Positions 1 to 11,139 of a stretch of 64,000 nt of DNA are shown one piece after another; within the stretch, counting starts at the first letter, position 1, and each line of letters starts with the position of its first letter. The DNA comes from Nymphaea colorata (taxonomy: Eukaryota). The position numbers were made by a program, and so were the translations under genes. Below the pieces are notes generated by a model that had not been told where the DNA came from, searched no databases, and worked only from the letters and a program-made list of their open reading frames with translations. The stretch covers positions 23,002,001 to 23,066,000 of the forward strand of contig NC_045138.2 in the NCBI RefSeq assembly GCF_008831285.2, read 5' to 3'.

Positions 1-84
1 GTAGATTAAGCACTTTAACTAAATATCACCGGCATAGAGGCAGGTATGCATGCGCATCGAAGGCCCTCTCCCTCCGGCAAACCC

Positions 85-119
<35 letters not shown>

Positions 120-812
120 ATTCCCTTGTATATTTTTCTATTTTTTATCACATATCTTTTTTGTTTCTATTTTTTCACATGGTTATACATATTTGTTTCC
201 TCAATTGACACCGATAACAGCAATTGCTGCATCTTTGACCGAAATCAATGCCACACACACGCACACAGAGAGAGAGAGAGAATGTTAGGCAACCGACACC
301 TGTCCTGGGTTATCAAGGGCACTGCTGTCGAGCAGTCGACGGTCGGCAATCGACAGAAACTCGGAGGGGAGATGAAGAGAGAGAGAGAGAGAGAGAGAGC
401 TATGAGCGGGAGAATTCGAGCTCCGTGCGCATTTTATTGTTTGTTCTTATTGGGCCCCCACCGACCCACCGGATCATATTTGTGATCATATGAATTTGCT
501 CCTCTTAATCATCGGTCAGGTCCAAACGTGGTTCCATCCTTGTCCGGTCACTAGCACTTACAAAGGACTAAAGATTTGAACTGAATGAATAAAAGGCAAC
601 AAGACACATTAAAAAAAAAAAACGCCAGAATATGTGTATTATATGTATTTTGTATTTTTAATTAATTTCTCATTTATTTTATTTGTATATAATTTTCAGG
701 ATTTTTTTTAAATTTTTTTAAAATTTACCAAGTTTTTCCCAAAACTTTTCTAAGACGTAAAACTTTTTCACATTAAACACCAAAAATTCCAACGATATAT
801 GCAACAATGGTA

Positions 813-2872
813 GACATGCATGAATACTGCATCCATGGCCTTCATCAACACAAGATACCACAAGCCTACAACTTCAGAATTTAGATCCATCTATGCCAAT
901 AATTGAAGCATGGCCATTCCTTGCCATTTTGATTTAGTTAATTAATTATGCTACTTTTTGTCGCACAATGAATTACCAATGTCTGTTTTCATCAAATTTT
1001 GAAGGAAAAAAAATGGAAGTGGGGGATCACCTCCTAAAAAAAGACTGTGTGGGATTCTTGAAGAGAGAAGAAGATGGCATGCAGAATTGTTTCATTCAGC
1101 AGATAGCAATAACAGAACATAATATTAAGGCCATGACTTGAGAGCAGAGATAGAAAGAATAAACTTGGATTTGGAGAGGCAACACGGTCTATCTCATTAC
1201 TAAGAACGACTAGAACCACAAGTCTAAAAAATGAAAACTCACTTATGAAGAAAACCTTTTCCGCAAAACTAGGTAACGTCCAAACGTGTGGGCGTTCTTG
1301 AAGATTATTTTTTAAATATAAAAATGAGATGGCAAAAAAGCGATTAAAAAAATAATACTTAAAATTTGAATTTGATTATTTACTCTTTCGGATTGCCCGT
1401 TCAGTCACTTTAGTGAGTTCAACTATTCATGTAAAATGCAATATGCTAAGATTTTATGAACCTAAGTCCTTCTATTAATCAATAAATAATTAATTACGTA
1501 TGACCTTTGTTATTAAGAAGGTAGCTCTGGTTCTTGGAGCGGGAAAGGAATGAGGCTTTTGTTGTTATTTTGAGTGGTAGGATGAAATACGTTTCCTATT
1601 TATGATAGTAAATGAAGTAAACCCCAACACGGACTCACATACATATACACAGTTCTCATTAATAAATTAGGACGGCAAAATTAGAAAACCACTTTGATTT
1701 TATGTGTGGTTTTCTTGATTGAATAAAGATTGAAGTTTCGCAATTTGTGGGGACAAAAAAAATTCACTTCTTTTTTAGATCTCCATACATGCATTGTGCC
1801 TCTCACAAGCCACAAACGAAATGTCGTATTTTCATTTTTCTTATTTTTTGATGCTTTTCTTTGAGATGAAAATAAAACGAAGAATCAATTAACAAAAGGA
1901 AGCCTCTTGAAACTGCACTGTTAATTTGATTAGCTGGCAGCAGCTTCTCGTTCTCACCAAGGATGTTAGCATATCTAATTTAGATCCGATATCCAACCAG
2001 GCTGCTTGAAGCAAATCGGATATGGAAAAAGAAAAAAGTTTGAGATTCGATTAAGAAATCAAATTGGATTTGAAGGTAGGTTAAGAAATGAGATACAATA
2101 GGATTCAGGTTCACATTCATATTTAAGTAATATCTAGTTGGAATTGGTCTTGGATTGAAATCCAATTAACTTAGTTTAGATAAATATCTTTGTCAAATGT
2201 CCATATATTTTAAACACTGTATTTTGGATTTGGTTATAAGGTCATACTCATATTTCAGATGTGAATCAAATACCAAATATGGCATAAGTTTTTCTTCACT
2301 GGTATTTGAATCAGAATATCTGAACATCGAAAGGGGCATTCAACTCTGATCCAGTGACATCTCTACTACTCGCCATACTCAGAAGTGGTAAGTGATGACA
2401 TTATTTCATTATTACATGAAAACCAATTTGCATTGACATGAAACCTTTGAGTATAACATGAAAGGAATATGTATAAGCCGATACCAAGCGGTAGACGTAG
2501 GTCAATATGTGTGCATCAATTTTGACAAACACCACTGATGGAAACGACTTTAGAGGTAGGTTGGTAGCATGAATATTTTATCAGTGCCTCATAAATTTGT
2601 CTCAAATATTGGAGGAAGTTTGTGGAACAATCATTTTAGTTGTCGTTGCTATCAAATAACCCCTTCAAGAAGGAGGTGAAAAAAAATGAAAATCAATCGG
2701 ATCTATGACATCAATCAGGTCTTCACGTGGCATCGGCGTCGAATTTATGTATTCAACACAATTAATTTTGTAACGGAATCACGTGGCATCGGTGTCGAAT
2801 TTCTGTATTCAACACAATTAATTTTGTAACGGAATTTCTTGTCCATACATGTATATTAATTTGGTCCTCTCT
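813..2872. repeat. ~2.05-kb local duplication, copy A (partner 8011-10014)
   Basis: Near line-by-line identity with 8011-10014, from GACATGCATGAATAC to ...TATTAATTTGGTYCTCTCTCT, including the embedded MITE. Confidence 0.95.
1958..2365. mobile_element. hAT-type MITE (TAGGGATGTCAA family), decayed
   Basis: Termini CAAGGATGTTA / TGACATCTCTA; GGATAT/ATCCGA-rich body resembling 17136-17478; degenerate 8-bp flanks. Duplicated at 9171-9578. Confidence 0.7.
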
Positions 2873-3034
2873 CTTTCTCCTCTCTCTTAACTGCTGCCGA
2901 GGTCTGCCGAGAGGCGACCCTAGCATCGTCGCTTCCCCAAGATCACGCTCAGCATTGGGCGTTATGGATTGAAGGGAGCTGGATGTGCTAAAAAGGCTCG
3001 TTGAAGAAGATGAAGTCACAGGCTGCTCGAGTTC

Positions 3035-4120
3035 CTATCTACCGGTGAACAGAGCCCTATCTACCGGTGAAGAAAACAGCCATCGCACCCAGACTGCTCC
3101 AATCATCGGATTTGCATATTTCCCTTCTAGGAAGAAGATGGAATACCATAGTGGCAATTTGATCAAACTGGCCCGCAAATTGGGTGCTGGGAACCCCAGC
3201 ACTGCGGTGCGCCCACGAAAAGTCCATCGTGCTAACCTCACTGGCTTGCCACACCTAACCGTCGCCCACACTAATAGTCTCACTTGATTTATGCCTGGGG
3301 TCCTCGTATTGGATAATAACCTCACTTGATTGTCGCCCTTGCAGTATGTGTATGGGGCCTGCATGGATAGCCTCCCATGCGTGTGGAGAGGCCGTAGAGA
3401 GTGGCCATACGGTGTTTTAGCCTCCCTAAAGCACATAAGGTCCTGATGAATGACGAGAAGACGCCAAGAACGTAGCTACTTGCGGCGTGGATAAGGGCTG
3501 CCCTCGGCCACTATGGTCAGGCGGGGGTAGGCCCATATCAGACCCTCCCCCTTAAAATGGAGCCTGCCCTCAGGCTCCTCGAGGGTCCTCCCGTAATGCC
3601 CTCCTCCTTCGGGATCCCAAAGAAAGTGAACACACTTTCCATGTTTGATCAAGGCAGTCTCACCTAACTTGGTCTTAAACTAGCTGCCCACTCTTTTCTT
3701 GTTGCTGAAGGGTGGTCTCGTCGGGCCTAAGAAATGGTGGCTCCTCTGGCAGTGGTGTAAGTGGCTAAGTCAGCCATATAACATATTGATTTGCCATAAT
3801 TAAGACAGCCCCACTCGCTGCATTCTTCTAAGAAGGTGTTGGGGATCGGCTTGGACAGCAAGGTCACCAAGCAAGGGGACCCTAAAAACCTTCTTGCCTG
3901 CTACTTCAGAATCTGTCCACGGCAAATCTACCGCCAAAGACCAACTTTCACCCCAAGAATCAATTGGAGGGGGGTAATCGATGTGTTGAAAAATCGACGC
4001 CCAGACGAACATGCCAGAACAAGTTTTGATTAAATGAAACTGTGAGTTTCTTCTTGAGAGAGGAGCCTGGTTGCACTTGGTGGCAACCATTGTCGTCTCT
4101 TCCAAGCTTGCCGGGTTCAT
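3035..4120 (-). pseudogene. Decayed ORF of unknown family (possibly a retroelement accessory ORF), copy 1
   Basis: ORFs 3800..4120 and 3035..3436 are in one frame, interrupted by four stops that are sense codons in the second copy. Confidence 0.4.
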
Positions 4121-5703
4121 CTTCTACGTCATTTGTTGGCCGGAGTTGCTGCTTGTGTGAGTCCTACAGACGAACGACCAGAGGAATGGCGCCTGTGGCC
4201 ATTTCTGAAAGTTCATCTACGTTCTTGCTCCACTAAATTTGCTAAAAACCGAGAGACATGCGAGTGTTCCAACCACGTGTGGGCTGAGAGGCGACGATCG
4301 GTGATTGGAGGGCAACGGATGTGCCAAGGCTGATCACGGTGTTGTCTTCCCTACTGCACCATTCGACAGCCAGCGGTGCTTCAGGAGGTAAGCCACTGTT
4401 CTCCGATGGACTGCCGTTGGAGTTTCCCTTCATTTCCAACAGAAATTGTAACGCTGACGTCGGATACGCTTCCACCCAGTGTGGGATTCGTCTAAGGTAG
4501 ATCGAACGATTATCTCTGGATTGAAGGATCAGTCGACCGATTGAGGCTAACGGTTCTTGGCGCATTCACCCAACTCTTCATTAGATGTCTAACCCAAGGT
4601 TAGATTGCTCTATCGTGCGTGAGATCGTTGGATTCCTGTTGCAACGAGTTGATTCATACACTATTGTGTGTCTGTGATTAGGAATCGATGAGAAATCAAA
4701 AGGGAATCAAGCCATTTTCCTCTAAGAACAACCTACTGTTTGGTTCCCTCTTCTATTGCCAACCAGCCCCTGATCAGTCACAAATCTGAAGCAATCAGAA
4801 CTTTCTTTTGGTAAACGGACACTGGGATCATCTTCCCAACATCCGAACGGTCAAGCTGAGCTTTACTCGAGCTAAATCCATGCCCAAACAAGAGAGAAAT
4901 CGACCGATGAACAGCATATTGTTCAGACCTCTGTTCTGCCACCTACCTTTGTCTGATCAAATGGAAATCTGAAGAAAAATCCGGAGTTCCTTTCGACAAA
5001 CGAACACTTGGGTCACCTTTCCAACATCTCTATGGAGCTTTTGAAATTGATTTGAGCGAAATCCGATCAGTATCGAGTGAGATATCCTCATCGAACGGAT
5101 TCAGGTAGAAATTCGTGGTGATTTCCTGTATTCTCCACCAAAACGGTGGTAGTGACCCCAAGTTCATCCGAAATTGGGGACACACATGGATACTGCATTC
5201 ACGGCTTTCATCAACACGAGATACCACAAGCCTTCAAATTTGGAATTTAGATCCATCTATGCCAATAATTGGCACATGGCCATTCCTTGCCATTTTGAAT
5301 TAGTTAATTAATTATGCTACTTTTGGTCGCACAATGAACTACCAATGTTTGTTTTCATCAAATTTTGAAGGAAAAAAAATGGAAGTGGAGGATCACTTCC
5401 TAAAAAAGACTGTGTGGGATTCTTGAAGAGAGCAGAATATGGCATGCACTATTGTTTCATTCAACGGATAGCAGTAACAAAATGAAGATCTCTGCAGAAT
5501 TTCCTTTATATGAAGAACATGACTTGACAGCGGAGATGGAAAGTATGAACTTGGATTATGGCATGCAGCACAGTCTATCTCATTACTAAGAACGATTGGA
5601 ACCACAAGTCCAAAAAACGGAAACTTACCAATAAAACCTTTTCCGCAAAACCAGGTAACGTCCAAACGTGTGGGCGTTCTTCAAGATTATTTTTTAAATA
5701 TAA
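3196..5703. repeat. ~2.5-kb mostly GC-rich local duplication, copy 1 (partner 6064-8526)
   Basis: Collinear with 6064-8526 from CCAGCACTGCGGTGC to TTTTAAATATAA, with many transitions and a few indels. Its last ~500 bp also match 813-1321. Confidence 0.95.
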
Positions 5704-6063
5704 TGGACGCGTCCCGGCCTCGTCCTTCTTGTATGTTTGGACCGACTATCCCACACGTCCCAGTCTGAACCTAGCTGTATCCGGTCAGACCTGATCGAGT
5801 TCCACCTGGGGCTAAGTCCCTCCTCGTCCGAGGTTGAGCTAGCTGCGCGTGAAGGTTGAATGGCCTCAGCCATGACCAGCCATCTGTGGTAGAGGATACG
5901 GCCCGCTTGGCCGAGGGGCTGGGATTAACCTCCCTTGGTAAAATGTCATCCTCTATACAATCGCCTTGGTATGGCCTGGCCCTATGACGCTTATTCATCT
6001 CCCGAATAACCTCCCTTGGTCGTGGAAAGGCTTTAGTAGCTGGTGGCTCTCGGCTGCGTATAA

Positions 6064-6954
6064 CCAGCACTGCGGTGCACCCACGAAAGGTCCATCGTGC
6101 TAACCTCACTGACTTGTCACACCTAATCGTCGACCGCACTAATAGTCTCACTTGATTTATGCCTGGGGTCCTCATATTGGCTGCTAAACTCACTTGATTG
6201 TCGCCCTGCATGGATAGCCTCCCATGCGTGCGGAGAGGCCATGCGGTGTTTTAGCCTCCCTAGCGCACAGAATGTCCTGATGAATGACGAGAAGAGGCCA
6301 ACAACATAGCTCCTTGCGGCGTGGATAAAGGCTGCCCTCGGCCACTATGGTCGGGCGGGGGTAGGCACATCTCAGACCCTCCCCCATAAAATGGAGCCTG
6401 CCCTCAGGCTCCTCAAGGGTCGTACCGTAATGCCCTCCTCCTCCGGGATCCCAAAGAAAGTGAACACACTTTCCATGTTTGGTCAAGGCGGTCTCACCTT
6501 ACACGGTCTCAAACCAACTGCCCACTCTCTTCTTGTTGTTGAAGGGTGGTCTCGTCGGGCCTAAGAGATGGTGGCTCCTCTGGCTGCGGCGTAAGTGGCT
6601 AAGTCTGCCATATAACATACTGATTCACCATAATTGCGACAGCCCCACTCGTTGCATTCTTCTAAGAAGGTGTTGGGGATCGGCTTGGAAAGCAAGGTCA
6701 CCTTGCAAGGGGAACCTAAAAACCTTCAGGCCTGCTACTTCAGAATCTGTCCACGGCAAATCTACCACCGAAGACCAACTCTTACCCCAAGAATCAATTG
6801 GAGGGGGGTAATCAAAGTGCTGAAAAATCGACGCCCAGACGAACATGCCAGGACAAGTTTCTATTAAATGAAATTGTGAGTTTCTTCTCTTGAGAGGAGC
6901 CTGGTTACACTTGGCGGCAGCCATTGTCGTCTCATCCAAACTTGCCGGATTCAT
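6064..6954 (-). pseudogene. Decayed ORF of unknown family, copy 2
   Basis: ORFs 6625..6954 and 6190..6486 are in one frame. Its two stops are not shared with copy 1, and a frameshifting deletion lies near 6240. Confidence 0.4.
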
Positions 6955-8526
6955 CTTCTACGTGATCTGTTGGCCAGAGTTGCTGATTTTGTGAGTCCTA
7001 CAGACGAACAACCAGGGGAATGGTGTCGATGGCCATTTCGGAAAGTTCATCTACGTTCTTCCTCCACTGTATTTGCTGAAAACCAAAAGGCGTGTGAGTC
7101 TTCCAACCACGTGTGGGCTGAGAGGCGACGATCGGTGACTGAAGGGTAGTGGACGTGCCGAGGCTGATCACAGTGTCGTCTTCCCTACTGCACCATTCGA
7201 CAGCCAGCGGTGCTTCAGGAGGTAAGTCACTGTTCTCGACGGACTGCCATTGGAGTTTCCCTTCATTTCCAGCAGAAATCCTAATGCTGACGCCGGAGAT
7301 GCTTCCATCCAATGTGGGATTCGTCTAAGGTAGATCGAGCGATTATTTTTGGACTGAAGGATCAATCGACCGATTGAGGCTAACGGTTCTTGGTGCATTC
7401 ACCTGACTCTTCATCAGATGTCTAACACCAAGGTTAGATCGCTCTATCGTGCATGAGATCGCTAGATTCCTGTTGCAACGAGTTGATTCATACACTATTG
7501 TGTGTCTGTAATGAGGAATCGAGGAGAAATCAAAAGGGAATCAAGCGATTTCCCTCGAAGAACAACCTACTGTTCGGTTCCCTGTTCTATCACCAACCAA
7601 TCCATGATTAGTTGTAAATCTGAAGCAATCGGGAATTTATTTTGACAAACGGATGCTGGGATCATCTTTCCAACATCCTAACGGTCAATCTGAGCTTTAC
7701 TTGAGCTAAATCCGTGCCCAAACGAGAGAGAAATCGACCGATGAACAGCATGTTGTTCGGACGTCTGTTCTACCGCCTACCTTTGTCTGATCAGATGGAA
7801 ATTTGAAGAAATCTGGAGCTCGTTTCGACAAACGGACACTTGCGTCACCTTCCCAACATCTCTACGAAGCTTCTGAAATTGATTTGAGCAAAATCCGATT
7901 AGTATCGAGGGAGATATCCTCATTGAACAGATTCAGGCATAAATCCACGGTGATTTCTAGCATTCTTCGCCAAAACGGCGGTAGCGACCCCAAGTTCATG
8001 AGAAATTGGGGACACGCATGGATACTACTTCAACGGCCTTCATCAACACAAGATACCACAAGCCTACAACTTTGGAATTTAGATCCATCTATGCCAATAA
8101 TTGGCGCATGGCCATTCCTTGCCATTTTGATTTAGTTAATTAATCATGCTACTTTTTGTCGCACAATGAATTACCAATGTCTGTTTTCATCAAATTTTGA
8201 AGGAAAAAAATGGAAGTGGGGGATCACCTCCTAAAAAAGACTGTGTGGGATTCTTGACGAGAGAAGAAGATGGCATGCAAAATTGTTTCATTCAGCAGAT
8301 AGCAATAACAAAGCAGAATTTCCACTATATTAAGGCCATGACTTGAGAGCGGAGATTGAAAGAATAAACTTGGATTTGGACAGGGAACACGGTCTATCTC
8401 ATTACTAAGAACGACTGGAACCACAAGTCTAAAAAACGAAAACTTACTTACGAAGAAGACCTTTTCCGCAAAACTAGGTAACGTCCAAACATGTGGGCGT
8501 TCTTGATGATTATTTTTTAAATATAA
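6064..8526. repeat. ~2.5-kb mostly GC-rich local duplication, copy 2 (partner 3196-5703)
   Basis: Paralogous ORF translations (MNPASL.ETTM..., M.QEPLASIGRLILQS..., GDNQV...TPGINQVRLLV) and collinear DNA. Confidence 0.95.
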
Positions 8527-10004
8527 AAATGGGATGGCAAAAAGCGATTAAAAAAATAATACTTAAAATTTGAATTTGATTATTTACTCTTTCGGATTGC
8601 CCGTTCAGTCACTTTAGTTAGTTCAACTATTCATGTAAAATGCAATATGCTAAGGTTTTATGAACCTAAGTCCTTCTATTAATCAATAAATAATTAATTA
8701 CGTATGACCTTTGTTATTAAGAAGGTAGCTCTGGTTCTTGGAGCGGGAAAGGAATGAGGCTTTCGTTGCTATTTTGAGTGGTAGGATGAAATACGCTTCC
8801 TATTTATGATATTTATGATAGTAAATGAAGTAAACCCCAACACGGACTCACATACATATACACAGTTCTCATTAATAAATTAGGACGGCAAAATTAGAAA
8901 ACCACTTTGATTTTATGAGTGGTTTTCTTGATTGAATAAAGATTGAAGTTTCGCAATTTGTGGGGACAAAAAAAATTCACTTCTTTTTTAGATCTCCATA
9001 CATGCATTGTGCCTCTCACAAGCCACAAACGAAATGTCGTATTTTCATTTTTCTTATTTTTTGATGTTTTTCTTTGAGATGAAAATAAAACGAAGAATCA
9101 ATTAACAAAAGGAAGCCTCTTGAAACTGCACTGTTAATTTGATTAGCTGGCAGCAGCTTCTCGTTCTCACCAAGGATGTTAGCATATCTAATTTAGATCC
9201 GATATCCAACCAGGCTGCTTGAAGCAAATCGGATATGGAAAAAGAAAAAATTTTGAGATTCGATTAAGAAATCAAATTGGATTTGAAGGTAGGTTAAGAA
9301 ATGAGATACAATAGGATTCAGGTTCACATTCATATTTGAGTAATATCTAGTTGGAATTGGTCTTGAATTGAAATCAAATTAACTTAGTTTAGATAAATAT
9401 CTTTGTCTAATGTCCATATATTTAAAACACTGTATTTTGGATTTGGTTATAAGGTCATACTCATATGTCAGATGTGAATCAAGTACCAAATATGGCATAA
9501 GTTTTTCTTCACTGGTATTTGAATCAGAATATCTGAACATCGAAAGGGGCATTCAACTCCGATCCAGAGACATCTCTACTTCTCGCCATACTCAGAAGTG
9601 GTAAATGACGACATTATTTCATTATTACATGAAAACCAATTTGCATTGACATGGAATCTTTGAGTATAAAATGAAAAGAATACGTATATGCTGATACCAA
9701 GCGGTAGACGTAGGTCAATATGTGTGCATCAATTTTGACAAACACCACTGGTGGAAACGACTTTAGAGGTAGGTTGGTAGCATGAATATTTTATCAGTGT
9801 CTCATAAATTTGTCTCAAATATTGGAGGAAGTTTGTGGAACAATAATTTTAGTTGTCATTGCTATCAAATAACCCCTTGAAGACGAAGGTGAAAAAGAAT
9901 GGAAATCAATCGGGTCTTCACATGGCATTGGCGTTGAATTTTTGTATTCAACACAATTCATTTTGTAACGGAATTTCTTGTCCATACATGTATATTAATT
10001 TGGT

Positions 10005-10014
<10 letters not shown>
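8011..10014. repeat. ~2.0-kb local duplication, copy B (partner 813-2872)
   Basis: Near-identical to 813-2872; ends in a (CT)n(AT)n microsatellite. Confidence 0.95.
9171..9578. mobile_element. hAT-type MITE (TAGGGATGTCAA family), duplicate of 1958-2365
   Basis: Same termini; flanks GTTCTCAC / CTTCTCGC (6/8 match, decayed TSD). Confidence 0.7.
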
Positions 10015-10046
<32 letters not shown>

Positions 10047-10410
10047 AACAATTGTTAAAAAGAAAAATTATGCCTAACAGTTTTTACGTATAGAGCTAAT
10101 ATGCACAATTTTTAATATTTGTAAATATGGTTTTGAACTATGGGTATAGTCATAGTGAAGTGCTTAGTTAACGTGCAGTGGTTTAGGTATGAAGGATAGA
10201 AAACAGAAACGAGCAATACTTAAAACTCACCGTCCGATGGCTGCCAGGAAGGGATTCATGTGAAACGACATAAGGTTTAAAGCTGCCGATCAAACGATCT
10301 TCAAAGGCCTCCGTCTGATGCTAGATATCCGACATTGGGTTCCTTGGATTCGCGAACCCACCAAAGGGGTCGCCCATGCCGGAAATGTTCGTCGCATTCC
10401 ACCGGCTCTC

Positions 10411-10596
10411 CTCTGTGGGATACTTGAAGAGAGAGAAGATGACATGTGCAATTGTTTCATTCAGCAGATAGATAGCAGCAACAGAATGAAGATCTCTGAT
10501 AGCAGAATTTCTGCTATATTAGGTAGGAAGGTCATGACTTGAGAGTGGAGATAGAAAGTATAAACTTGGATTAAGGCAGGCAGCACAGTCTATCTC
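10411..10596. repeat. Fourth, more diverged partial copy of the ~190-bp module at ~1045-1195, ~5410-5580 and ~8240-8400
   Basis: Shared TGTGGGAT.CTTGAAGAGAG...ATTGTTTCATTCAGCAGATAG...CATGACTTGAGAG...AAACTTGGATT...GTCTATCTC. Confidence 0.85.
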
Positions 10597-11139
10597 TGTT
10601 TTCTGAATCTATGTCCAGGACTGACAGAGTCTGACTTCTTGTTTTGCTCTTGAATTGTCCTTACGCTAATCATTCTTCTCTCATTTTTTGCTGTACATGA
10701 GTTTTCTTTTTTGGCAATAAAAGGGAGTCTTACTCCCCACAATACCTACTGGAACTCAGCATTTAATAATGAATTGCTTAATCAAAGCTCCCTCTGTTCT
10801 TCCTCCTCCTTCGGATACAAGAAAATTTTCGACTGTCTTCTCTTGAGAGCAGTAAATCATGGTACCCATCTTCCGTTTTCTTGATTTCCTCTCCCTTTTA
10901 GGGGGTTTATGTGTTTTTTGATATGGTTGATCGTCTTCTACATATGCTGCAGTTTTTCTTCTCATACTTCGTGCTGATGTTTAGATCTCTAAGACTACTG
11001 CTATACGGTCCGATCAATGGTTGAAAGCTCAATCTGATGAAGATATGAAAAAATCTCTTGATCTTTTTTCTTGAGAAGATACCACAACATCGATATTTTA
11101 CGAAGGCGCTTTAATATTTCTCAAATTCTTATGCTCTTA

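Noticed and set aside
117..493. ORFs with RERERE runs (and YIYIYI ORFs elsewhere)
   Set aside because: Translations of microsatellites.
2602..2623. 12-nt match (ATATTGGAGGAA) to a miR2275 target motif, also present in copy B
   Set aside because: Poor pairing at the miRNA 5' end, and it lies inside a small MITE-like foldback; likely chance.
7349..7360. TTGGACTGAAGG resembling the miR319 5' half (TGGATTGAAGG in copy 1)
   Set aside because: Only 11-12 nt, with no 3' half.
813..10014. The two 2-kb direct repeats as LTRs of a retrotransposon
   Set aside because: No TG..CA ends, PBS or TSD. A third partial copy lies inside, and homology between copies continues past the supposed LTR edge.
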